DNA of 64,000 nt from Acidobacteriota bacterium (GTDB lineage Bacteria; Acidobacteriota; UBA6911; RPQK01): positions 51,338 through 115,337 of the forward strand of contig JBHGBF010000001.1 of NCBI GenBank assembly GCA_041946865.1, given 5' to 3'. The notes under the pieces were generated by a model. The model was not told the origin of the DNA. It ran no database searches and saw nothing but the letters and a program-made list of their open reading frames with translations. Position 1 is the stretch's first letter, and every line of letters begins with the position of its first letter. This document shows, one piece after another, positions 36,640 through 44,863 of this stretch. The position numbers were made by a program, and so were the translations under genes.

Positions 36640-36777
36640 GTTCGTATCTCTCGAAATCTTTGAGGGGTCTCAGGGGAAGGATGAAGGGGTCCCAGCCGGC
36701 ATCCGCCCGTTCCCGGCTCGATCCGGCTGGTCGTCACCTTCGTCCTTCCTCCCTCATTCCTCGTGGCTAAGCTGTCG

Positions 36778-37641
36778 CTAACGCAGGAGCGACAGGATCC
36801 CCTGCGGAACGGAATTGGCCTGTGCCATGGCAGCCGTACCAACCTGCGACAGGATCTGGAATTTGGTCAGGTTGGCGATTTCGGCAGCCATGTCTGCGTC
36901 CCGGATCTGAGACTCGGCTGCCGTCAGGTTCTGGATCTGAGACTGCATGATCGAGACGGAATTCTCCAGGCGGTTCATCCGCGCACCCAGCCGGCCGCGA
37001 CGAGTGGCGACCTCATCGATCGCCGCCTCGACGTCGGCAAGCATCTTGGCGGCGGAAGCGGCCCCTGAGGGGTTGATGTTCACCGTGATAGACGAACCGC
37101 TGCTGGTGACGCCGTCGGATAGACCCAGGTCACTGACGTTCAGTGCGCTGGTGTCGAAGCTGATCTGGGCGTTGGCCGGACTCAGGTTCTGAGTGTCTCC
37201 GACGAAGATGTCCCGGGCGCCGGACGAAAAGACCGCGACACCGTTGTACTGCGTGGCCGTGCCGATCCGGTCAATTTCCTGGTAAATCTGAGCCAGCTCC
37301 GTCTCGATCGCCGACTCGCTGCTGCTGTTCGTCGACGATGCGGCCTGAGTCAGAAGCGAGGCGGCACGAGTGAGCAGATTGGACACCTGCCCCAGGGCGC
37401 TGTCAGCGACCTGGATGAAGCCGATGCCGTCGTTGGCATTCCTGACGGACTGCTGCAAAGTCCGGATCTGGCCCCTCAAGCCGTCAGCGATGGCCAGGCC
37501 GGCTGCGTCATCTCCCCCGCGATTGACGCGAGAGCCCGACGACAAACGAAACAGTGTCTTCTGCAGGCTCAGCTGGTTCGCGCTGGATTGCTGTTGCGCC
37601 ACCAGGCTCGATAAGTTGTTGAGAACGCTAAATGCACCCAT
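36778..37641 (-). CDS. fliC: Flagellin (FliC/FlaA paralog 1)
   Basis: 287 aa. N-terminal MGAFSVLNNLSSLVAQQQSSANQLSLQKTLFRLSSGSRVNRGGDDAAGLAIADGLRGQIRTLQQSVRNANDGI and C-terminal QILSQVGTAAMAQANSVPQGILSLLR. S/T-rich variable middle. Confidence 0.95.
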   Translation of the reverse strand: MGAFSVLNNLSSLVAQQQSSANQLSLQKTLFRLSSGSRVNRGGDDAAGLAIADGLRGQIRTLQQSVRNANDGIGFIQVADSALGQVSNLLTRAASLLTQAASSTNSSSESAIETELAQIYQEIDRIGTATQYNGVAVFSSGARDIFVGDTQNLSPANAQISFDTSALNVSDLGLSDGVTSSGSSITVNINPSGAASAAKMLADVEAAIDEVATRRGRLGARMNRLENSVSIMQSQIQNLTAAESQIRDADMAAEIANLTKFQILSQVGTAAMAQANSVPQGILSLLR

Positions 37642-37680
37642 TTTCTTCCTCCTTGAAAGACTCTGGCTTCCTTGCCTGAA
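37642..37680 (-). promoter_or_regulatory. Flagellin-1 5'UTR: GGCAAGGAAGCC hairpin plus GGA-containing SD (CsrA-site architecture)
   Basis: mRNA sense reads CAGGCAAGGAAGCCAGAGUCUUUCAAGGAGGAAGAAA-AUG. Identical GGCAAGGAAGCC element in all three flagellin leaders. Confidence 0.5.
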
Positions 37681-37782
37681 TCGTGTCGACCCGACAATGG
37701 TGATTTACGATCCATGATCCAGGTGCCCCAGCCCCAAGCCCAAGCCGATCATCAATCACCAGCGTCAGGCCAGGGCCCGCGC

Positions 37783-38640
37783 CTACCCGAGCAGAGACAA
37801 GATGCTCTGAGGCACGGAATTGGCCTGGGCCATGGCCGCCGTCCCTACTTGTGAGAGAATCTGGAACTTGGTCAGGTTGGCGATCTCCTCCGCCATGTCG
37901 GCGTCCCGGATCTGTGACTCTGCCGCCGTCAGATTCTGGATCTGGGCCTGCATAATCGAGACGGAATTCTCCAACCGGTTCATACGGGCACCCAGCCGGC
38001 CGCGCCTGGTGGCGACATCGTCGATGGCCGCCTCGACCTCGGTCAGCATGGCGGTGGCGGTCTGCGAGGCGCTGATGGCCACGGTAATGCTGGTTCCGCT
38101 TCCCCCGATTCCGGCCGAGATGCTCAGATTGGCCACACTAAGAGTGCTGGTCGTAAAGCTGATCTCGGCGTTTGCCGCCGTGAGGTTCTGCGTGTCCCCG
38201 ACGAAAATGTTCATCGCCGTGTCGGAGAAGACAGAAACTCCGTTGTACTTGGTGGCCGAACCGATCCGGTTGATCTCGGAGTAGATCTGCCCGAGCTCTG
38301 TCTCGATGGCCGCTTCGCTGCTGCTGTTCGTTGACGAAGCCGCCTGCGTCAGGAGCGAAGCGGCGCGCGTGAGCAGGTTCGAGACCTGGCCCAAGGCGCT
38401 GTCCGCCACCTGGATGAAGCCGATACCGTCGTTGGCATTCCTGACGGATTGCTGCAGAGTGCGAATCTGACCCTTCAACCCGTCGGCGATGGCCAGCCCA
38501 GCCGCATCGTCTCCGCCGCGATTGACCCGAGAGCCTGAAGACAACCGGAACAACGTTTTCTGCAGGCTCAGTTGGTTGGTGCTGGATTGCTGCTGGGCAA
38601 CCAGGCTCGCCAGATTGTTGAGAACGCTAAATCCTCCCAT
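37783..38640 (-). CDS. fliC: Flagellin (paralog 2)
   Basis: 285 aa. Termini nearly identical to paralog 1. Divergent central domain. Confidence 0.95.
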   Translation of the reverse strand: MGGFSVLNNLASLVAQQQSSTNQLSLQKTLFRLSSGSRVNRGGDDAAGLAIADGLKGQIRTLQQSVRNANDGIGFIQVADSALGQVSNLLTRAASLLTQAASSTNSSSEAAIETELGQIYSEINRIGSATKYNGVSVFSDTAMNIFVGDTQNLTAANAEISFTTSTLSVANLSISAGIGGSGTSITVAISASQTATAMLTEVEAAIDDVATRRGRLGARMNRLENSVSIMQAQIQNLTAAESQIRDADMAEEIANLTKFQILSQVGTAAMAQANSVPQSILSLLG

Positions 38641-38680
38641 AGTTTTTTCCTCCTTGAATGAGATAGGCTTCCTTGCCTTC
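38641..38680 (-). promoter_or_regulatory. Flagellin-2 5'UTR: GGCAAGGAAGCC hairpin plus GGA-containing SD
   Basis: mRNA sense reads GAAGGCAAGGAAGCCUAUCUCAUUCAAGGAGGAAAAAACU-AUG. Confidence 0.5.
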
Positions 38681-38714
38681 TATCAGCACGTTAGTCAGAC
38701 GATTCTGCTAACGG

Positions 38715-39572
38715 TTACTGCCCGAGCAACGACAGGATCCCCTGGGGCACGCTGTTGGCTTGCGCCATCGCGGCAGTGCCCACCTGGGAAAGGATCTGGA
38801 ATTTCGTCAGGTTGGCGATCTCGGCCGCCATGTCGGCGTCTCGAATCTGCGATTCCGCCGCAGTGAGGTTCTGAATCTGCGCCTGCATGATCGAGACCGA
38901 ATTCTCGAGGCGGTTCATACGGGCACCGAGGCTTCCGCGCGTCTCTGCCACTTTATCGATGGCGGCTTCGACCTCGACCAGTTGGGCCGCGGGCGAGGCG
39001 GCGCTGAGGCTGACGGCGATGGTCGAACCCGAGCCTGAGACTCCGCTGGCCACGTTCAAGGCGCTCATGCTCAGAACTCCGGTCGTGAAGCTGATTTGAG
39101 CCGTCGAGGCCGCAAGGTTCTGAGTGTCCCCCAGAAAGATGGTCTGTGCCGTGGTCGAAAACACCGCCACCCCGTTGTACTTCGTGGCTGAGCCGATCCG
39201 GTCAATTTCCTGGTAGATCTGGCCCAGTTCCGTCTCAATCGCGGTGGTGCTGCTGCTGTTGGTCGACGAAGCCGCCTGTGTAAGCAGCGAGGCGGCCCGG
39301 GTCAGGAGATTGGAAACCTGCCCCAACGCACTGTCGGCCACCTGAATGAAGCCGATGCCGTCGTTGGCGTTTCTGACCGACTGCTGAAGCGTGCCAATCT
39401 GTCCTTTCAATCCGTCGGCAATGGCCAGCCCCGCCGCGTCGTCCCCACCGCGGTTGACGCGAGAACCGGAGGAGAGCCGGAACAACGTCTTCTGCAGGTT
39501 CAACTGATTGGTGCTCGACTGCTGCTGAGCCACGATACTGGCGAGATTGTTGAGAACGCTGAATCCACCCAT
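38715..39572 (-). CDS. fliC: Flagellin (paralog 3); start taken at the internal Met preceded by AGGGAGGAAAAGACA
   Basis: Begins MGGFSVLNNLASIVAQQQSSTNQL. The listed ORF has a 17-aa N-terminal extension (MKPRARKPEVIFREEKT) that covers the Shine-Dalgarno sequence and is rejected. Confidence 0.9.
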   Translation of the reverse strand: MGGFSVLNNLASIVAQQQSSTNQLNLQKTLFRLSSGSRVNRGGDDAAGLAIADGLKGQIGTLQQSVRNANDGIGFIQVADSALGQVSNLLTRAASLLTQAASSTNSSSTTAIETELGQIYQEIDRIGSATKYNGVAVFSTTAQTIFLGDTQNLAASTAQISFTTGVLSMSALNVASGVSGSGSTIAVSLSAASPAAQLVEVEAAIDKVAETRGSLGARMNRLENSVSIMQAQIQNLTAAESQIRDADMAAEIANLTKFQILSQVGTAAMAQANSVPQGILSLLGQ

Positions 39573-39615
39573 TGTCTTTTCCTCCCTGAAGATCACCTCA
39601 GGCTTCCTTGCCCTC
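39573..39615 (-). promoter_or_regulatory. Flagellin-3 5'UTR: GGCAAGGAAGCC hairpin plus GGA-containing SD
   Basis: mRNA sense reads GAGGGCAAGGAAGCCUGAGGUGAUCUUCAGGGAGGAAAAGACA-AUG. Confidence 0.5.
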
Positions 39616-39648
39616 GGTTTCACTGCCGGTGAATTTCACACACCTTTC

Positions 39649-39656
39649 TTATCGGC
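39649..39656 (-). promoter_or_regulatory. Sigma28-type -10 element GCCGATAA upstream of flagellin 3 (-35 not convincing)
   Basis: Minus-strand CACCGGCCGATAAGAAAGG is a perfect match to the sigma28 -10 consensus, ~75 nt upstream of the flagellin-3 ATG. The upstream -35 (ACAGAATC) is poor. Confidence 0.4.
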
Positions 39657-39775
39657 CGGTGTCCCAGGATTCTGTAGAGGAAAATGCGCAGCAACGGGAA
39701 AAACACCCTCCCTGCTTGTGCTTACTTCTCGCAAAACTCTTCCAAAAGAGAATCACGAGTCGTTGAGAAATCGGC

Positions 39776-39802
39776 TAAATATTCCCACCGATCCTCCGAT
39801 AT
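39776..39802 (+). promoter_or_regulatory. Sigma28 promoter for response-regulator/cheX operon: TAAATATT-N11-TCCGATAT
   Basis: Reads ctaaatatt cccaccgatcc tccgatat. -35 is 6/8 and -10 is 7/8 relative to TAAAGTTT-N11-GCCGATAA. Also fits the Bacillus-type TAAA-N15-GCCGATAT. ~30 nt upstream of the ATG at 39835. Confidence 0.55.
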
Positions 39803-39834
39803 AGGAAAAGGGTATGTATGCGCAGGGAGGGTGT

Positions 39835-40590
39835 ATGAAAGTCCTTACGGTTGATGACAGTCGCATGATTCGCACTCTGGTCAGAAAGTACCTGTCATCT
39901 TTCCCCCTAAACATCATTGAAGCTGCGGATGGAAAGCAAGCGCTCGAGCAGGTGAGGGCGGAGCGGCCTGATCTCGTCATCCTGGACATCAACATGCCGG
40001 TCATGGACGGCGCGGCGGTCCTCAGAGAACTGCGACGCGATCCGGAGTTGAAGGAAGTCCGTGTCCTGATGCTGACAGCAGAATCCTCCGAAAGAATGGT
40101 GCTGGAGGTGATCAAACTGGGCATCTCCGACTACATCGTCAAGCCCTTTCAGCAGGAACTCCTTCTGAGGAAAGTCGCTAAAATCCTGCAGCTCTCACCG
40201 ACCGGAAGGCCGCAGGTCGCATCCCCGGTGACAAACACGCGGCGCGTACTGGTGGTCGACGACAATGAGAGCATCCTGCTGGTGGCCCGGAGGTTTCTCA
40301 CCGGAATTGCTGAGGTGGTGACGACAACCCGGCCGGAAAAAGCCCTTCAGCTCGCCTGTCAGCACGCGCCTCAGGTGGTTTTGCTGGATCTGAAAGCGGA
40401 CGGCCTCAGCGTGCTGCGCACTCTACAGAAGGAATCCGGGCTGTCCTCTTCCCGCTTTGTGGGGCTGGCCACCACGTCGATGGCGGAACAGGCCGACAAG
40501 GCCCGAATGGCGGGCTTTTCCGACGTTCTCTTTAAGCCGTTCGACAGGGAATCCCTGACTCGAGTGGTCATAGGCGAGTCAGCCGCATGA
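39835..40590 (+). CDS. Response regulator with two tandem receiver (CheY-like) domains, no output domain
   Basis: Start MKVLTVDDS preceded by AGGGAGGG. REC1 DLVILDINMP...KP; REC2 RVLVVDDNE...VVLLDLKADG...KP. An upstream ATG at 39814 lacks an RBS. Confidence 0.8.
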   Translation: MKVLTVDDSRMIRTLVRKYLSSFPLNIIEAADGKQALEQVRAERPDLVILDINMPVMDGAAVLRELRRDPELKEVRVLMLTAESSERMVLEVIKLGISDYIVKPFQQELLLRKVAKILQLSPTGRPQVASPVTNTRRVLVVDDNESILLVARRFLTGIAEVVTTTRPEKALQLACQHAPQVVLLDLKADGLSVLRTLQKESGLSSSRFVGLATTSMAEQADKARMAGFSDVLFKPFDRESLTRVVIGESAA

Positions 40591-40641
40591 CGGCAAAGTC
40601 GGCCAGGCCAGGCTTCTGACTTCTGCTCGCGAGGACCGAAA

Positions 40642-41115
40642 ATGAGCGATGAAAAAACCGAGGCAATTACCCGGGCCATTCAACAAGTCTTCAAATCTAT
40701 GCTCAGACTCGAGCTCGTTGGGGCAAACGGCCACGGCTTGCCCGATTTCCCTCCCGGGCGAAGAGTGTCCGCCGCTGTCGGAATCAGTGGAGACTGGAAC
40801 GGAGCTGTGATCTTCGAGTGTGGAGCTCCTACGGCCTGCTTCCTCACCGCAACCATGCTCGGCCAGGAACCTCCCGAGACGGTCGACGAAGTCGTGAAAG
40901 ACGTCATCGGCGAAATCACCAACATGGTGGCCGGCAACTTCAAAAACAGCCTGCCCGGGAATTCCTCGCTGACACTGCCCTGCCTCATCGAGGGATCGGA
41001 CTACTCGATGGATATCGTGCAGGGGCGCCGAGTGGTCAGTCAGCCCCTCATCTGCGGCGGCAGAGGGATTCTCTTGTCCGTAGTCCAGGCCAATACTCAA
41101 CCGCGGAGGAGCTAG
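40642..41115 (+). CDS. cheX: CheX/CheC-family CheY-P phosphatase
   Basis: 157 aa. Signature GEITNMVAGNF (CheC/CheX/FliY E-x-x-N motif). Confidence 0.8.
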   Translation: MSDEKTEAITRAIQQVFKSMLRLELVGANGHGLPDFPPGRRVSAAVGISGDWNGAVIFECGAPTACFLTATMLGQEPPETVDEVVKDVIGEITNMVAGNFKNSLPGNSSLTLPCLIEGSDYSMDIVQGRRVVSQPLICGGRGILLSVVQANTQPRRS

Positions 41116-41195
41116 TGCTTAAGGACAGAGGGTGCTCAGGCCAAAACAACAGCGGACTGAAGGTCGCCAGTTCCGAACTGAGTGACACTTCACCG

Positions 41196-41528
41196 ATGAA
41201 CGGCCCCATGTCCTCCCCAGGAGGAAGCCGCTGGCTGAATCCGGCCGGACGCTCGAAGCTGGAAGATCTAGCGGCGCGTTTCTTTCAGATCCCACTAGGC
41301 CATATCGGAGACCTCGAGGAGCTTCGAAAGACTTTTTTCGAGCTGGCCAGTGCAACGACGCAGCCGGACGCCGTCCGGAGCCTGATCGCAGAGGCACTCT
41401 TGCGCCTGGACGACTATCTTTACCGCGGTTCCACCGAAGCCGAACCGATTCTGGAGGAGGTAGCGACTTTTATCGTGGAGGCGAGTCATCTCTCAGCAAA
41501 CCATCCGGTCAGTCCGAAGCTCCCGTAA
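41196..41528 (+). CDS. Hypothetical protein
   Basis: 110-aa ORF (MNGPMSSPGG...) downstream of cheX in the same orientation. No motif. Coding status uncertain. Confidence 0.3.
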   Translation: MNGPMSSPGGSRWLNPAGRSKLEDLAARFFQIPLGHIGDLEELRKTFFELASATTQPDAVRSLIAEALLRLDDYLYRGSTEAEPILEEVATFIVEASHLSANHPVSPKLP

Positions 41529-41647
41529 GGCGTCAGGCGAGTCACGAAGGTCCGCACTTCTTCCCGCTTCTTCGAAAGGTATCGTGAAGGCTCCCCGCGA
41601 GGCTTGGCCTGCTCGGAAGGAGCTGCTTTGCCTGGTGCCGTACGCGG

Positions 41648-42889
41648 CTAACAAAACACAGCCTGAGCCGACTTCACCGATGCCACGTAAAGAGCGGTGA
41701 TCATGGCAAGTGGGATCCCGTTCAGCGACGCCTGAATGGCCACGTTGTTCCAGTCGCCCCTTTCGTGGGCGAGGATCAGGTCCAGGATGCCCCTGAGCGG
41801 GTTAGGCTCTCCGCACAGGGCCGCTTTAACATCCGCCGGCAGTGCGATCTGAGACAGGGCTTCCTCCAGAGGCAAGTCGAGCAGAGCATCGATCAGAGAG
41901 AACATACCGAGGAGAAACAGGTCGAGCTGACGATGACTGAGGCTGCCCTGTCCCGCCAGGCTCTCCGCAAAACGGGCCCGAACTACCGAAGCCAGCGCCA
42001 ATTCCGGCGGTTTGTCCTGCACCAAACCCGACAGGGCAATCAGTGAGAGCAGACGCCTGACGTCGTCCTCGCCGAGCAGCACCAACGCGTGGCGAATGGA
42101 ATCGATTTGGTCCGTCCAAGCGTGAGCGGCTGAATTGACGAACCTCAGCAGTTTGTACGACAGCGAGAGGTCGCACTTGACGATCTGTTCTACAGCGCGA
42201 AAGTCCAACTCCGGTTCTCGAAGGATCTTGGTCATTTCCAGGTGACGGAGTCTCGATCCGGGAATGGCGCGCCCTCGGGCAATCGCCGGGCGGGCAAAAA
42301 AATAGCCTTGCAGGTAGGAATATCCCGAGTCAAGTGCCTCCGCGGCTTGTTCAGGGGTTTCCACCTTCTCCGCCAGCATCTTCTTACCCTGCGCTGCGAG
42401 GGCACGACCCAGTTCTCGTCGCTGACGCGGAGTTGTGGCGAGGAAATCGACCTTGATGAAATCCGCGATCTCAACCAGGGGCTGATTGCCTTCAATTTCC
42501 ACGAAGTCATCGAGCGCAAGCAAATATCCCTGTTTTCTGAGACCACGACAGGCGTCGATGACCGCCTGGTCAGGCGCGATCCCCTCCAGAACCTCGATGA
42601 CTGTCTGTTCCCTCGGAAGCAGAGCGGCAGCGCCGCTTACGAGCAGATCGTGCGTAAGATTGACGAAAACCCTCTTGCCGCCGGAGAGCGTATCCAAGCC
42701 GAAGTTGACCAGAGCGCCGACGATGACGTTCGCCGCAGCCAGATTGCGCTCGATGTCGCGGCTGCAGAAGTTGTCCATGCTCGAGCGAAAGAGGAGTTCG
42801 TAACCGAAGACCTTCTGCAGCCTCGTGAAAATTGGTTGACGGGCAACAAAAACATCCATGCGGTCTCTCTGCTTGTCCCTCGCCCAGGT
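41648..42889 (-). CDS. EAL-domain (c-di-GMP phosphodiesterase-like) plus HDOD domain protein
   Basis: Start MDVFVARQPIFTRLQKVFGYELLFRS (EAL start). EAL motifs EVLE, ALDDFV, KVD. C-terminal HDOD (LSYKLLRFVNSAAH...ALVLLGEDDVRRLLSLIAL). The listed ORF has an R-rich 47-aa N-extension that is rejected. Confidence 0.75.
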   Translation of the reverse strand, partial: TWARDKQRDRMDVFVARQPIFTRLQKVFGYELLFRSSMDNFCSRDIERNLAAANVIVGALVNFGLDTLSGGKRVFVNLTHDLLVSGAAALLPREQTVIEVLEGIAPDQAVIDACRGLRKQGYLLALDDFVEIEGNQPLVEIADFIKVDFLATTPRQRRELGRALAAQGKKMLAEKVETPEQAAEALDSGYSYLQGYFFARPAIARGRAIPGSRLRHLEMTKILREPELDFRAVEQIVKCDLSLSYKLLRFVNSAAHAWTDQIDSIRHALVLLGEDDVRRLLSLIALSGLVQDKPPELALASVVRARFAESLAGQGSLSHRQLDLFLLGMFSLIDALLDLPLEEALSQIALPADVKAALCGEPNPLRGILDLILAHERGDWNNVAIQASLNGIPLAMITALYVASVKSAQAVFC

Positions 42890-42890
42890 C

Positions 42891-43706
42891 TCAGGGCTCG
42901 TCCCTCGCAGCCGCCTGATTGAGCACGACGATATCGACGCGGCGGTTGAGCGCCCGGCCTTCTGCGGTGCTGTTGTCTGCGACCGGGTGGAATTGCCCGT
43001 AGCCGGCGGCGGAGAGCAGGGCCGGGTCAAAATCGTATCTGCTCAGCAGATAAGCGATGACCTGAGTCGCGCGGGCCGTGGACAGCTCCCAGTTGGACGG
43101 AAACCTCGCGTTGTGAATCGGCACGTCGTCGGTGTGTCCTTCCACTCTCACGTGATTCCTGATTTTGCGAATTTCCTCGGCAATCGTATCCAGGATCACG
43201 AGCGAGTCCGGTCGTAGTTCGGCTGATCCGGAGTCGAAAAAAGCCGCCTCAGCCAGGCTGATCACCAATCCCCTGCGATCATTCCCGATACGGACCTTGT
43301 GCAGCACGTTCTCCCGCCGGAGCCTTTCCAGAATGCGTTCCCCGGTAGCCCGCAGCACGTCCTCGCCTGCCATCACGCCGATCGGCTCCACAAACCGATA
43401 CGTTTCCTCCGGAGAGGCGGCCTTGTCGGAAACCGCCATCGCGTGCGAGCCGAGTTCGAACAACCCCAGGTGTTCGATAGCCGCTCGAAAGGACTCTGAA
43501 AACCGTTCGACCTTGCGCTGGTCGACGTGAGAGGACGCGAACATCACGACAAAAAAGGCGAACAGCAGGGTGATGAAGTCAGCGTAAGACACCAGCCATC
43601 GCTCATGGCTGGGATGCCCTTCCTTTTTGCGTTTTCTGACCGGTGCCTCAAGCCGCCTCGCTCTCCTCCTCGCTGCTCGGCTCGGTTCTATCTTGGGACT
43701 GTTCAT
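42891..43706 (-). CDS. motB: Flagellar stator protein MotB (OmpA-like C-terminal domain)
   Basis: TM plus plug region WLVSYADFITLLFAFFVVMFA. OmpA-family C-terminus (VEGHTDDVPI...NWELSTARATQVIAYL...NRRVDIVVL). Confidence 0.85.
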   Translation of the reverse strand: MNSPKIEPSRAARRRARRLEAPVRKRKKEGHPSHERWLVSYADFITLLFAFFVVMFASSHVDQRKVERFSESFRAAIEHLGLFELGSHAMAVSDKAASPEETYRFVEPIGVMAGEDVLRATGERILERLRRENVLHKVRIGNDRRGLVISLAEAAFFDSGSAELRPDSLVILDTIAEEIRKIRNHVRVEGHTDDVPIHNARFPSNWELSTARATQVIAYLLSRYDFDPALLSAAGYGQFHPVADNSTAEGRALNRRVDIVVLNQAAARDEP

Positions 43707-44442
43707 CTAAGAACGCTCGCAGTTTGGTCTCGATGAGGCGTGGATTCATGCCTTCCAGGATGGAGATGACGCCCTCCAGCATGAGTTGTCTGAGGATCGT
43801 GCCGGACCGGTTGATCAGCTTCATCTTGGCGGCGGCGGGGAGGAAGAAGACATTGGCGGAGCCGACCCCGTAAATCGTGGCCACAAATGCGACCGCAATC
43901 CCTTTGCCGACCTCCTCAATATCGTCCAGATGCTGCATGACCTGGATCAGTCCCAAGACAGCCCCGATAATGCCGATCGTGGGGGCAAATCCCCCCGCTG
44001 CCTCCCACACCTGCGGGAGGCGATCCTGGCGCTCCTCATCGCAGGCCAGTTTGAGTTCCATGGTCTCCCGCAAGTCGGCCGGGTCGGTGCCGTCCACCGC
44101 CATCTGCAGTGCCTGTTTCAGGAACGGGTCTTGCACCTGATCCGCATCGGATTCCAGCGAAATGATCCCTTTTCGCCTGGCCTTTTGCGCAAAAGCGACA
44201 ATTTGCGCGATCACCTCGCCCGGGTCTGTCTTGGAGCGAATAAAAACTCCGATGAGGCCCTTGGACGCACTAAGGAACACCGGCAAAGGGAAGGCGATAA
44301 GGGTGGCGCCCAGAGTGCCTCCGAACACGATCAGCGCGGCGGTTGGCTGAAGGATCTGGCTGATACTCCCTCCCTCCAGCGTCAACCCCAGGCCGATTCC
44401 GGCGAGGGCGATCAGAATTCCGACAAGAGTCCCGAGATCCAT
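43648..44442 (-). CDS. motA: Flagellar stator protein MotA
   Basis: Start MDLGTLVGILIALAGIGL. 4 TM helices with a conserved cytoplasmic loop. ATGA-coupled to flbD. 3' end overlaps the annotated motB start by ~59 nt. Confidence 0.85.
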   Translation of the reverse strand: MDLGTLVGILIALAGIGLGLTLEGGSISQILQPTAALIVFGGTLGATLIAFPLPVFLSASKGLIGVFIRSKTDPGEVIAQIVAFAQKARRKGIISLESDADQVQDPFLKQALQMAVDGTDPADLRETMELKLACDEERQDRLPQVWEAAGGFAPTIGIIGAVLGLIQVMQHLDDIEEVGKGIAVAFVATIYGVGSANVFFLPAAAKMKLINRSGTILRQLMLEGVISILEGMNPRLIETKLRAFLDEQSQDRTEPSSEEESEAA

Positions 44443-44444
44443 GA

Positions 44445-44735
44445 TCACTCCACCAGCGACCCTGGAGGCTGCGGCCCGGCAGCCGCCGGGCATGGCTGTG
44501 TGAGCAACGGCCGTTCCTCTATCACAGCCGACTGTGAATGCACGATCCGGAAGTAGGGAAAAATCCTTCGACGGAACTCTACTACCTTGTCGATGACGTC
44601 GTCGGCCGCCTCGGCTACGATGATCTTCTGGCCTGTCGTCAACGTCAGCACCGTATCAGGCGTGGTCTCAATAAACTCGATCAAATCCGAGTTCACCACC
44701 ACCTGTGTCTCGTTCAACCGCCGCAATTTGATCAT
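44445..44735 (-). CDS. flbD: Flagellar protein FlbD
   Basis: MIKLRRLNETQVVVNSDLIEFIETTPDTVLTLTTGQKIIVAEAADDVIDKVVEFRRRI matches the FlbD family (MIKLTRLNG..NPDLIEFIE.TPDTVITL.NG.K..V.ES..EVI.KI). The listed ORF is extended N-terminally by 29 aa. Confidence 0.7.
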   Translation of the reverse strand: MIKLRRLNETQVVVNSDLIEFIETTPDTVLTLTTGQKIIVAEAADDVIDKVVEFRRRIFPYFRIVHSQSAVIEERPLLTQPCPAAAGPQPPGSLVE

Positions 44736-44863
44736 AGGATCTCTATCCGGTCTTCTTATCGGCGGGAGGTGAGAAGGACTTGAGGGTTTTTCGAAGGCTA
44801 CGTCAACGCTGCTGTCAGACAACTTCGAAAGACCAGACGTCAGCGTCGCTCTTGCATCCTTCC

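Noticed and set aside
36640-36777. Sigma28-like TCAAAGATTT immediately upstream of flaG and an inverted repeat CCAGCCGG...CCGGCTGG after flagellin 1
   Set aside because: The -35-like element has no -10 partner before the flaG ATG (only 14 nt). The inverted repeat has a 23-nt loop and no U-tract. Too weak to call a promoter or terminator.
39573-39623. 17-aa N-terminal extension of flagellin 3 (MKPRARKPEVIFREEKT)
   Set aside because: It would translate through the AGGGAGGAAAAGACA Shine-Dalgarno and the conserved GGCAAGGAAGCC leader element shared with the other two flagellins. The internal Met gives an N-terminus identical to the paralogs.
39620-39645. Palindrome GTGAAATTCAC in the flagellin-3 leader/promoter region
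   Set aside because: Single 5-bp inverted repeat, which could occur by chance. Not repeated at the other flagellin genes.
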